From positions 12,680,485 to 12,744,484 of the forward strand of contig NC_134027.1 in NCBI RefSeq assembly GCF_964204645.1: a stretch of 64,000 nt of DNA, read 5' to 3'. This document shows positions 12,801 through 25,420 of this stretch, in pieces; position 1 is the first letter of the stretch; each line of letters starts with the position of its first letter. Under the pieces are notes generated by a model. The model had not been told where the DNA came from. It did not search any database and worked only from the letters and a program-made list of their open reading frames with translations. A program made the translations under genes and the position numbers. The stretch comes from Tubulanus polymorphus (lineage: Eukaryota; Animalia; Nemertea).

Positions 12801-14977
12801 AAGGTGGAGGTGGTTGGAGTTCCCTCAGCCCTAACTGGACAAAACAGAGAGATGAAAAAAGGATCAATGGAAAAAAATTATGAAAAATCTCAAGATGAAG
12901 ACTACAGAAGAGTTGAAAATGAAATCTTAAATGAAAACCTAAAAAACGCTCAAAATGAAAACTTTAACGAAACGCAAAAAGAAAACTCTGATAACAATCA
13001 AAACAAGAAGTATGAAGTGAAAATCAATGAAAACTTTGAACCAAAAACTAATGAGAACTATGAATTGAATGCAAATGAAAAAGATGAAATGAAAATGACT
13101 GAAAAACATGGAATGAAAATGAATGAAAAATATGAAATGCATATGAATGGAAACTATGATTTGAAAACAAATGAAAAAGATGAAATGAAAATGACTGAAA
13201 AACATGAAATGAATATTAATGAGATCTATGATCAGACTATGAATCAAAATTGTGGAACTAATTCGAATGAAGATATGACAAAAAACAAAGTTGAGACAAT
13301 TGAAGTGAAATCAGTTTTTTGTGACTTCAATCATGACAACTGTGATACGATTATGCATGACAACTATGATAAGACTAAACAAGGCAACTATGATAAGGCT
13401 ATATATGGAATCTGTGAAAAGATTACACTTGACAACTGTGATAAGATTCAACATGATAACGCTGGTCACAATATACATGAAACCTCATCGAAAATGAAAG
13501 CTGACTCATCTATTCAACCAATTTCGAGTATGATTTCGTGTAGAGATTGTGATGGCAATTTTGGTAACAGTGAGTCATGTTTAAGTGCTGAGAATATGAG
13601 ATGTTCATCAATTCATGGAAATTTCCACCAGGGTCATCCAAAATACGATATTCATTCAGGTAAGCAATGTAACAAATGCATTAGCTGCAATGATTCATGC
13701 ATCAAATAAAGCTGTAATAAACTGGATGCCTCATGATATTGATTCAGTATTGAATATTGGAAATGATTTATACGCAACATTGACTAATATGAATACAATA
13801 ACAAATATGTATTTATTGATCAGTGAGCTACCAACTGCTGTTGAGATTGGAAATTCCATTTATAATGTGACTGTTGGATCCCCTCAAGTTGCTATATCTG
13901 AATTATCTGATGAAATGAGAGCTGGAAATTTTGGAATTATCAGTGAACTACATGAATGTTTGCACAATAATCTGCTTAATTACGACACATGCTTTATAAC
14001 ATTTGCTGGAAATACATTTTGTGTTTTAAAACAGGATGACATGTACTGGGTATTTGATTCACATTCGAGAGATGCATCAGGAATGATGACCGCTGATGGA
14101 CATGCTGTATTAGTAAGGTACTCTTGTGTTAATTGTATTGTCAAACATTGTCAGAATCTTGCAGCTTCAATGAATCAGAGGCAACCATTACAGTATGAAA
14201 TTACAGTGGCTTCTATCAACCATGAAATTGAAACTACTGTAGAGAATAGCATTATCGAAACAACGACTACATACTCTCCAAACTACCAACAAACAAGTAG
14301 TGAAGATGAACTGCCCTATACAAACCCAAAAGTAGATGAATGCGATGTAATTGTTACTAGTGAATCCGTGCAGCATGATGATTTAATTTACAACCCACTA
14401 GAAAAAGGTCAGTGCAAAACATTATGCTCTATTCTAGGTATTCATTGTCGACCCTCAACTCTCGGATATGAATGTATGCCCAAATATGATGGACAACTCT
14501 ACTCTCCATGTAATACGCAGAAAATTAAAGGCGATGGAAGCTGTTTTTTTCGGGCAATTTCATATTCAATCTGTGGAGCTGAGCAATATCATCGGGCTAT
14601 ACGCACTGAAGTTTTAAAGCACATGCGGCAGAATTCCGACAAATTCCAACCACATCTGAGAAATCCACAACTTACTATAAATGAGTATATTGATGAATCC
14701 CGTATGAAATATACAGGTACTTGGGTGACAGAGGTTGAAATTCTTGCAACAGCTGATTTACTGCATGCTGATATATATACATTTGTAGGCAATGGTTGGT
14801 TACGATTCGCTGGTTCTACTTTCAGTGCACCAAATCGTGTGTGAATTAAATGGCAACATTTATTTGAAAAATTGCAGAGGTGTACACTATGAAGTTGTGT
14901 CATGTGTGAAACAATCTGAGGAATGTATTTGCTCTTGGTGTGGCAAGCGACAAAATACTGAAAAAACTAATGAGTAA
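12801..14977 (+). pseudogene. Helentron-borne dual deubiquitinase gene: E/N/K-rich repeats, herpes-tegument-like (VTD, peptidase C76-like) domain and OTU domain; two frameshifts (about 13670 and 14840)
   Basis: GNFHQG...GKQC/VTNAL...W..HDIDSVLNIGNDLY...YWVFDSHSRD (VTD-type); GDGSCFFRAIS...TWVTEVEILATA.../IYL...HYEVV (OTU); spread over ORFs 12774, 13615 and 14792 in successive +1 frames. Confidence 0.85.
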
Positions 14978-15008
14978 ATACAGTTTATAAACTGTATTTA
15001 CTCATTAG
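14967..15008. repeat. Perfect 42-bp palindrome
   Basis: ctaatgagtaaatacagttta|taaactgtatttactcattag. Confidence 0.95.
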
Positions 15009-17272
15009 AAAATGAGGTTTTTAATGTTATCGCTTTTATGGTTATTCAGGCAGATTTGTTTATAGGGGAGTTGTGTGCTGGTGCAAATGTAGTAAATGTT
15101 TCAATTATCAGAGTCTCCTATTTGGATGGGTTTTGTAATGTTATAATATGATAATGTCACAAGTTGGTAATAGGTTTATGTTGTTTAATTCTGTCCACTT
15201 GTACACATTTGAATTTCGATGTTGTTTGCTTATCATGACACATGTGTAGGAGGTTATGGTACTGGGTTGTGTAAATGTGTATGGGAGGTTATAATATTTC
15301 GTTCTGTAGAGTCTCCTCTGCGAATATATGTCAGAGGGTGACGCGTATTAATGAAGCAGGGTGTTGTGTAGTGGTGTGTATGTAGTGTATGTTTTGATTT
15401 CGATATGTGGAAACATCTATGTGGATGTATATAGGAGGGTCAGGTGTGTTACAATAGTGGGGTTTTGTATATACAGGCATGTGTAGTTATGATTTTAATT
15501 TTATGTGACCTTTATGTGAATTCATTTATGAGTGACAGGGTTTATATTTTAGTGTTTTTGAAGATTGTGTGACAATAGTAAATGGGTAAATTGATGTACC
15601 TAGTTTCTAGGGAATGAAACAGTGTGTATTTGGAATTGATATGTTGTTAAGTAACAGTGGTATAAGCTGGGGAAAGTATGTAGATAGTTGTAATGGGGCA
15701 TGAATGATATTTGACATTGTGATTGATATGTAGCAATGTAACAGTAAGATATGGTGGTGGATGTATATATCTAGCTGTCATGGGGATGAAGCAGTCACTG
15801 TGTGGAATGGATGTGTTGGAATGTAACAGCTATGTACAGTGTACAAAATGAGTATTATTTCATGCTGGGGGATATTGATGCGTTGTTGCCATAGGTTTTG
15901 ATGTGATAACACTGTACATATATTACCACCATTAATATTACTAAACACATATGTACAGTCTTATGAATGATTATGTATGGAACTGTATGAAGGATTGTAT
16001 TGAATATATAGGAAATGGTAATTGATCATGTAGCAATCATTTGTGGCGATGTATGTATTTTGTATTGTGCAGTGAGATAGTATTCAGAAATGTTTGTAAT
16101 CAATGTTGTGGGATGAAATATAAATAAAAGGTGGATGGTATGATGATATGTGTTGTGTATAATTATTGTTTCCAAATTTGGTGCTTATCCCCATATGCTT
16201 GGCCAAGTTCTGATGTCATTTACTACATTGTCCCTGGCAAGGATTTGAGCTTGATGGCATGGCGACTGCCACAGTACAATGGGGTTCCTGCAGTGCTGCT
16301 GTGGCAATTGAGGATTCCACTCATAGCTAGTGACAACCCGCCAGGTTGCTAGTAAGTAGTTCGTCATTCGCCAGTGCGACATATGAAAGTTAGGCAGAAA
16401 CCCGTTATCGCTGCTATGCAGCTATATTTTCTAATTTTAATTTGAAACTCATCAATACTCAGTTCATTGAATTAGTAATATTTCATAAGAAGTAAAATCG
16501 AAATAGCTACATTACATGGTTAGCAATACGCACATTGGTTTCCTTTCTTTAAAGAATGAATATCTGGAAATAGCTGATTCGATTTGTCTTTATAATACTA
16601 AAAAGGCCTAGTATGCAGTTTTTGCAGTGGTAATGACTAAATCCTCATTCATAAATTCATAGAGACTAGTTTTTGTGAATTTTTGGCTACATTAAAAATA
16701 TCATTAGGAAAACTGAAATATCGTATTCATGAATAGAAAATCATAGTTTTTAAATTTCTTGGGAAAATTGTATTTAGCTAATATAAGAGGAAAAACGCAC
16801 TTTAACACGATTGACTGTACTGCTGAACTGCAAATTTTTGTCTGATGTTACAAATCTGTACCGGAGGGGGTCAAAGGATATGTTGAACACCATACACAAA
16901 TATTTCGGACTAACTTTCAAAGCAAAAATGAAAAACCAAGATGACCACCATCCATCCGTTATGGCCGAGTCGTCATGATCTCATAGAATATTCATGAACA
17001 AGTAACCGAGAGTATATTTGTACAGCAACAACCATTTTAGAACCACCAAGAGATGGTGGAGTACTTTCAACATGCCGAAAAATCTCAATTTCTCACAACA
17101 CCTTATGTTCAATGCCCCCTGGTGGCTAAACAAATAAAGGACCATGGGTCCAGTAGGATCAACTGAGAACACTTACTTTTCAGCACAAAAATCGATTGTG
17201 TTCTCGGATTTAGTATATACAGCTGATAAATATGAAATTATGGTGCACTGTGTAGTAGGCATGTTCAACTTA

Positions 17273-17977
17273 AGGCTGGGCATGTCGACAAGCGACACGA
17301 CACCTACTGACTCCTACCGACGCAACCTAGATCGCAGCCAGGCTTATGGCAACTGAGCATGACTAGCGGGATACGAGAACCGCCCAGTTGCTTCCCTGCT
17401 TATGTCGGTTATGATAACTGGCAACAGCAACGGCTCAGATAATCATGAGATAAACATTTTGAGAATATATTCAAATTATTTGGATAATTGGGAAATATAT
17501 TTCTAGTTAAAAGCTATTTCTTTAAGATCTTTATCTTTCTGATTCCGTTTTGAATACCATGCGCTAGCGACATCTTACAGAGGCCCGTTCACGCCATAAC
17601 ACTACCAATTCGCTTCTAGATCCTCGGTCCAGTCATTTGCCGTGCTGATCATTTAGTTTGTATTTGAAACTACCCGAATTTGAAAGTTTGTAACAATATA
17701 TTAGTAACGCAAACTATCTGTCCAAATTTACGTATACTGATCTCTGATTGGCTGGAATTTCTGCGCTCAGTTTCGTCGTGTCGCAGATGAGTTTACGTCA
17801 GTTGCGATCGAAAGCAACTGTCTGCCTACTGTAGGCCGGAGTAGAACATGGGCAACTAGCCGGATATGGTTTTGCGACAAGTCGCTAGGCATCGGGTTGC
17901 CGCCACTAGCCGGCAATTCGGTGATAAATCCAGTTGCGTCAGTAAACGTCGAGTCGCTTGTTGACATAAGCCAGTCT
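17273..17977 (-). mobile_element. PIF/Harbinger non-autonomous element with decayed MADF/Myb-like fragment
   Basis: TIR aggctgg...atgtcgacaagcgac / gtcgcttgttgacataagccagtct; TTA TSD; paralogous to 35445-37945 and about 29100-30207. Confidence 0.75.
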
Positions 17978-20440
17978 TTAGATGATATAAATGGTAATGG
18001 GTTTTCCATATGACTCACTCGACGTGGCAGAACAAGCAATAGTATTTTCTCTCGATGGAACCACTGCAAGTGATACCCTTCAAAAGGGTTTTCCCTGTCA
18101 TCATGAAGAAACAATGTCAAGCATCGATTAGTAGAATGGGGGAAAAATTCATTGAAATTTTGCATACATTCTCCCAGTTCTTCTCTTATCAATTTATTTG
18201 AAGCTTATCAATTCCAACACCTATCTCCATCCTCATGACAAAATATCAGCTGTGTATATCCAGTGGTTACAATTTGTGCCACCAAGCGCTAACAGAAAGT
18301 TACTCTCTGAACCATTCTATAAGGATAAGTTGATCCTAATAAACCGATCAAAAATTAATTCGATAGCAGAAAATGGGATTATGTCTTCAATGATACTACC
18401 AAGTTAGTTAATAAAATCTTTAAAAAATTGAGCTTCTAGAGATATTCATAGCCATGACACCAAACTTAACTTCCTTCGTTCGATAGCAAAACAGGGTAAT
18501 GTTTGGAACAAATCTATCGTTTCATAAACATCAAATATATAGCCTCCAAGAATGATGTGACACGCATCATAAATGCCCTCTCAGGTGCATTGGAATCAAC
18601 TTTTGACGTTGTTCTTATATTGCCACAGTGAATTTACTTCAATTTCGTCAAAAACATAGAATAGAAAGAAGAAAAGTCATTCAGTAAATTATCGCCAATT
18701 GCAGTGACTAAAAATTGTTCAATTGCAAACAATGGGATACCAAGGTGAACCAGTATACCACATTTTGTGAAACTATCTCTCATGGGTATGGAGAAAATGT
18801 GACACAAATAAAAGTTGACACCGGACGGATGGAGGGACAGACCACGATGTCGGCTCACCCCCAACCCTACAGCTCTGCTGAACTACGGTAAAAAAAGCTT
18901 CAAATAGACAGGTTTCAAACAGCTATCTGTCGACTTCAAGGCTGGTGATTTACCAATCATACCAAGATTTAGTAAGTTTTTGAACTCAATCACAAGGTAG
19001 AAGCTACGGAAATATGTAATCATTTTAACAAGCAGTAAAGTAAGAGATATAGCAAAATGGACTCTTAAATGAGTCCATAAAAATACATCCATTATAACCC
19101 ATGCAATCACTTAAAATGGAAGTCTAATTCACACTGCAACTTGTCAAGTTACCCAGCGCTGAAATATTAATCCAATAGGTTTTGAAATCACTGACTCATA
19201 CTCTGATTGTAGCAGGCCCTATCAAGATAATGAATGATTCATTGTTATGACTACTATTCATAGGGTTAAAGCAGACAGACTATTCCTTGATGAAGTTTAG
19301 AGGGGACTGGATTATTTATGAAGTAGTTTTGACATTTTAGTGGTAAATCAGTGATTCATGTATTAACAATTTAACTTAATTTTCTTACAGTCTTTGAAAA
19401 ATATAAAATCTATCTTAAAATGAAGTCAAGCTTTTCTTTTTTCAATATGTACGATATTAGTTTAGTTATAACAATACATTGTATCCTCTCATGAATGCAG
19501 CATTTCAATCTTCAGGGTTTACATATTTTGTCTTCCAGTTAAAGTTACATTCTTTCAGTATTGTTCTCATCGGTCCATGGATAATTAAGTTGTAGAATAG
19601 TACAACCTGTCAAATTATTGTAACTGAATACAAGTAGCAACCTGATATCCTGAAGCAACTTTTTGCATGTGATGGAGTAAAGAAATTGCTACTCCATTCC
19701 AATCAGTACATACATTTTGTATGCCGGACTGACTCTTGTTCAAATTCTTGTCTGAATAGTCAGGGTGGCGTCAGCTCCATAAAGCATTGGGCTGACTACA
19801 TCTGCCGCAATACTGACTTGTACATGCTAATATACCAGATATGTAATAGGCCTACAGTAGCAAAGCATGCAAATGTATTTGACAAATCCTAAAACCTGCT
19901 ACTAGATTATAGATATAATCTTCTATTAGAAACATAATATGTAAAATGAAAACTCAACATTTTGTTGAACCATCAAATTGGCTGATAATATAAAAACCGA
20001 TTTTTTATGGCATAAAAAAGCAAAACTGTTTATGGAGAACATTGAATAACTAAAATACATCATTTAAGGGGTACTGTGTGAGTTGATGTGAACTGCGACA
20101 TCAATATTGGCATTTCAAAATTTCAATTACAATTGCGAATTTTGACGTTCATTAAATACATTTCATAAATCCTATTCTATATTTGATGAATTTCAATGAT
20201 CAATTTTTGAGAGGATGTGTGCACTAAATCATCAATATATCCAGGCTAGAGTGGTAATTGGTTGCCGGTCAATTTAATTCAATTGTTGATACATTCAAAT
20301 TCAAAGTAACTTCATTGATCCTTAATATTATGTACAAAAAATCGTTAACATCTGTTATAGAATAACAGGAACACAAGATATCTGTAGCAAATCCCACAAT
20401 TTCAGTAAAAGATGGAATATTCTTGAGTAAATGACTATAT

Positions 20441-20482
20441 ATTTCGAGCGTTTCGGTTATTAATTAATAGCATCATCAGGCC
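20441..20482 (-). ncRNA. Minimal hammerhead-ribozyme core from a Penelope pseudo-LTR fragment
   Basis: Minus strand: CTGATGA-tgctatt-aatt-aataacc-GAAAC; cleavage triplet not clearly intact. Confidence 0.55.
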
Positions 20483-20851
20483 TACAAATTATCCTCTTCG
20501 ATTTATCCGATAGCTAGTCGTAACTTCAATCAAATTTTGTAAATATTTGTTTTGGTAGTATAGCTAATTTCAATCATTGATCATTGTTAAATATTTGATC
20601 ACTAATTTCTCATATCAGGTATCTCGCATTTGATATGTCGCACATGTATCAGGCTTTAAGGTATGCCAATGTACACACAGTGTAAGCATTATTGATACAA
20701 GTGTCGGTTCGTACTATGGCTGAAAGAGAATACATTTTCCGAGATGCTACGTGGTCTCTACAGGCATGGGAAATCATGTACCACATATGTACATATACCC
20801 CATATTTACAGGCTTCTATAAAATGCTCCCACTATTTAATTCATGAGGTTT

Positions 20852-21624
20852 AACTAGGGGTCTGGAGATTCCATGCCCACTTAGGAAGTGGTTTCAAATG
20901 CTCAACAATCTAACAACTTCAATATTCAACTCCCCTGTTGATAATATACTGAAAACAATGACATTGATACTCACCATAATTATAGAACATGTCACGAGCT
21001 ATAATTTCGTAATTGATTGTGCTAATAAAATATGCCTACTGTCTGTCACACCCGCTCTCCGTGCGACGTTTTGGTCCGTAATTTCATTAACAATCAATTG
21101 ATCTGTGAATACTATCTATCAATTTGTCCAGTAAGGAATTGGCATTCAGAAATAAATCATGAATTGGCATAAATTTGTATGTGTTTTCATCTATCGGCGA
21201 TTGTTTACCTGCTGAAAAACGGCTTTTGTGGCGCCACCTACTGTGTTTTGTTACGCTAATGAATAGGTGATGACATCAAAGCAACGTTTCCAAGCATCTA
21301 CGGAGCAGTTTTTTCAGCATAACGTGAGCGAGTGTGCTAAGTAAATATGTAAATACTGCATTATTGCATTATTCAACACCCCCTGGTGACCATATACAAA
21401 AATCAATGACCTTGAAACTCACCACAATCATACAATATGTCATTAGCTATTTTGCAATTTATTGTGGTAACAAAATATGCCTAGGTACCAATGTAATATG
21501 GAAATACGAAAGGTTATTCTATTATTCCGCCCCCCGGGTGACCATAAAACCCAATGACCGGATGGCCGAACGAAAAGTCAATGCAATAGCCCGCTGGGAT
21601 TTAAGTCCCAAGTGGGCTAAAAAA
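20852..21624 (-). mobile_element. Family B Helentron-associated element with nested small MITE (about 21047-21335)
   Basis: Same termini as 3459-4480; interrupted by a cacacccgctc...gagcgagtgtg inverted-repeat insert. Confidence 0.7.
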
Positions 21625-21819
21625 GCACTTGTGGTTTCCTTGGGTCTTTGCTAGCTTTGATAGGACACTTTCAGTCAAAAATACTTTTGGCTCTATGTTC
21701 TTGAGGCGGACTTGTTGTGGTAAGGATTTCAAAATGACATCATATTGAATTCTGCAAAATAGAATAGAATTTTCTGCTATCTTATATCCTGAGGTATCCC
21801 TGATAGACTATTTACTTAC

Positions 21820-22102
21820 CTACAACCATCAAATTAAATTCAAATCCACGTTTCACAGATTTTCTATAAACTTGGTTAGGTAGATTTGCAAATCCTACAT
21901 AGCCATCTAATTTCGTTGCATTTTCTTTGTTTGTTGTTCGTTCAGGTCTCGAATCTTCTTTTTCAGTACGTTCTTTATTGTCATTAACAACCTCACGGGA
22001 TTGTGATTGAGCAGTTGATCCAGACTTCAAAACTGATGATGGGTCAAACTTTGGAGTATACGACGTATCACCGCCTTTGAAAAAGGCGCTTTTGGCACTT
22101 AG
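21820..22102 (-). CDS. SEPTIN7: Septin-7 coding exon ([11 protein letters not shown]...[31 protein letters not shown]; N-terminal extension plus polybasic region)
   Basis: [22 protein letters not shown] matches SEPT7; tttttgtag acceptor (phase 0), GTAAGT donor (phase 1) joins exon 9234. Confidence 0.95.
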
Positions 22103-24503
22103 CTACAAAAATAGAAATGAGGATATGTCTCATTTTGAAAATTGCTTGATAAATACAGATGCAAAATAAATCTACACTAAATGTACATATCATAAGCAAT
22201 TAATTTTTTCGCATTAATAAGAAATGTAGTAACCATGAAAAGAATTGAATGAAGATTGACCATTGTAAGAAGGGTTTTACCAAAAAGTCCGATAAAACTC
22301 AAGGACTTGACAGATTTACATACATTTATTCAAGAATTAAATTTACATACTAGCACTTCTGTGAGGGATTTAGATATTAATCTTGAGGCAAATAATGCGG
22401 ATGCAAAGTACGCAACACAGTTTCTGGCTTGTGTGGGGTAATTTATCCAGTGCATTTTGCCCGTCACCAATACATAATATGTTTGATATCTTTCGATGCA
22501 GTGCAAAGTATACTCTCATGTGTGGGGAACTCGGTGCACTTTGCACTGCATTGGTCATCAATGCACATGCATTATTACTAAAATAAGGGACCATGGGTCC
22601 AGTAGGATCAACTGAGTACATTCCACTTTTGAGCACAAAAATTGAATTCGTTCTTGAATTGGCAATAACATAAGATGAAGTTTTGGTAATGGGCATTCAC
22701 AACGACTCACTACCACCAAGGCAGTACAATCAATAGTATATATCTGTTCTATATACATTGAACTTGATGAGAAGGGCTCGGCCAGTGACGTAATTATCAA
22801 ATAATTTGCCACAAGCAAAGTGGTTTACCTAGTACCTAGAAGAACGTACAATTTTACATGTATTCATTCGGATTTTCAATTGCGTGGCTGTTAGTTTGGG
22901 TTTAATATGACCTCTAAGGGCTCTGGGATGTATGACACACATTTTGATATTGGCTGTGTAATACTCATCAGAAGGTGACAAAACTTAATTTATTGAAATT
23001 GAATAACCTTTCTAAAATAGCCATACAAAATATTTTCATAACAAATAAATGTTGAATACTTAATCATATGGGGGTGCCCTTCAATTTTGAGGTCCCTTAA
23101 AAATTTCAAGCTCAAAGATTTCGCACTGAATATTTTCTGAAAACAGATCAAAATTTAGGTTAAGAAACGGAAAATTACTGTTTTTAAAACGGAAAACCAG
23201 TAAAGCATGTGGAGCTAAGAAAAAGGCCCTAAAAAGTGGACACTTCCCACTCCCTTGCTTACCCCTTAGATACTGTAACGAATAGTACATAAATAAACAT
23301 CATTGTTACGGTTTTTACGGTGTCAAGAAACAGCCGTAGAAATCGGTTTTAACCAGACCTTGACTTCACATAAGGTAAGTATTCATCGACGAAGTATCTA
23401 ACGAAATTAAAAGAAGAGGACACTTATTCATAATTGCCCCAGAAAGAGTTCAAATGATTGTTCAGCATTCCTAATAAAATTTATTTCAATTAAAAATTTC
23501 TTTCTTATGGGACAGACACGTACGACAGTAATGATAGACGCTAGTATTGAGAGTGCAGTATAGTACAGCATGTACATATATTACATATGGATTACATACC
23601 AGTGCTGTTACACGAACAGTGTTATACCGCAAAAACATAATTAAACGAACTAATCAAGACAATAACATATGAAAAAGCGCACTAAACTGTATGGAACTAA
23701 TTTACTCTGATGTCATCAAAAACGATGCCAAACGTTTGTCGACTGTCTATCCATAAACGCGTTGTAACTGCCGGCCTCTGGCTGGCATCATCTTCTAACT
23801 TTTTCCAAGAATGTATTTTATAGGCAAAATAAGACAATCCCAAGACAAATCTAAGCTAGGACTTGAAATTGCCATACTAAGTTCGGGATACTAAATTAGA
23901 TAGTCAACTATTATAATCCTCACAACACGGCATGAAGGTCAAATGAATTGCTCGCCATTTTGTGACTCCCATAATTACATCAGAGGTGCCGAAATTCTGA
24001 GAATTTTCCGTATTCACGTCGGAAACATAAATATAGGTCAACGCAAGTAACTTATAGAAAGCGGAGAATTTTCGATGTTTTTCGCGTTTTTCTTGGAGAA
24101 TAGTGCATCAACTGTTCGAAGCTTAACGGCCTGACCTCTTCCAACACCCACAACATAGGTAACCCAAAAACAAGGTAAAGTATCGATTAATAGAATGGGG
24201 AAAAATTCATGGAAATTTTGCTCATTATCTCCCATATAGCTAGCCTAATAGCTGATGGACGAAACTTTCCATATTAATTCCAACCCCTATTTCCCTCCTA
24301 ATGACAAAATATAAGCTATGACTGACCAATGGTTACAATTTGTGCCACCAAAAGCTAACAGAAAGTTAATCTCAGAACCATTCTATAAGGATTAACACAG
24401 TTGATCCAGACATCTGAGTGGCCAGTATATTGATTTTTGAATGAAATCATTCATTTATTACATGACTATCACTTTCTGCACGATATGGGGCTATTTGAAT
24501 TAA

Positions 24504-25420
24504 TTAGAGCCCAAGGGACACTATGGCCAGCTTGTTATATTCGCTTTTCATAAATGTGGATGGGTTATGTTTCTCAAATAGACTCCGCAACCAATATAAT
24601 TTACACAGTACTGCCATTTTTTTTTAAAGTAGCACAGACAGCAGGCGAGCAAATACCTTGAGATCAATTTTTTTCCCTTTGTCTTATTGATTTGAATGCG
24701 GAACAAAATTGAATTGGATTAGGTGAATTTTCATTCAATATTATGAAATTGAATTTGATATTTTTTTGCTGAATGAAATTTGAATTTGCATTCTAGCACG
24801 GCAAATTAGCATATTAAGGTAATCCATCCTATATGAGAAAAGGCAATTTTTCCTGAACCTTGTGAAATTGTCAAGGATGAATTATCTGTAGTGCAAATAA
24901 AATTCCTCCTAAAAACCAAATCCACTAAAAATTACACAGAAATCATTCTTAAAATACAATTTCTTATCTTAAAATAAAACCGAGGGGTCAGTTTTTCAGA
25001 CTGGTATTAACTTTAACCCAGGGGGTTAACTCAATTGAAAATGAATTGATTTAGCCCCTGGGTTTAAGTTAATACCAGTCTATAAAACTGGCCTAGATGT
25101 AAAATAGTAGACAATACCACGGGCTAACATAAACACCTGCTGATTATGCGGCTAAGCCAATCAGAGTGGAGGCTTTGCTCTCTGGCTTTTTAAAACAGAT
25201 ATTTTTCCATCAGATTTTTCGCGAAAAACCTTCTGTAAATTTTAAGGACGCCCTTTTTCAAAATTTTGGCTTCCTAAGAATCCGAGAATGGATTATGCTT
25301 GAATGTATGATTTATATGAATATATGCTTAGTTGCACAGTGAAAAAGCCTTTCAACCATGTCATTTAAATTCGCTCCATTTGTGTAGGAATAGGCTCAGC
25401 CTGTGGCTGGCCTAATAAAA
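24504..25420. mobile_element. Family A element, near full length, with nested about 110-bp hairpin MITE (24984-25094)
   Basis: Starts tagagcccaaggg...tatggccagc, ends aggctcagcctgtggctggcctaa; insert cagactggtattaact...agttaataccagtct. Confidence 0.7.

Larger units (their letters stand above)
9805..16428 (+). mobile_element. Helentron/Helitron2-type element, non-autonomous (no Rep/helicase seen), 6.6 kb, in the septin intron
   Basis: 5' hairpin agggtttctgc-tgctttc-gcagaaaccct then (TTA)n; 3' subterminal gcagaaaccc plus hairpin gctgc-tat-gcagc-tatatt; no TSD; empty-site paralogue at about 26290-26415; second 5' end at 58436. Confidence 0.8.

Noticed and set aside
12939-13247. F/H/I-rich minus-strand ORF
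   Set aside because: Antisense shadow of the E/N/K repeat region of the Helentron gene
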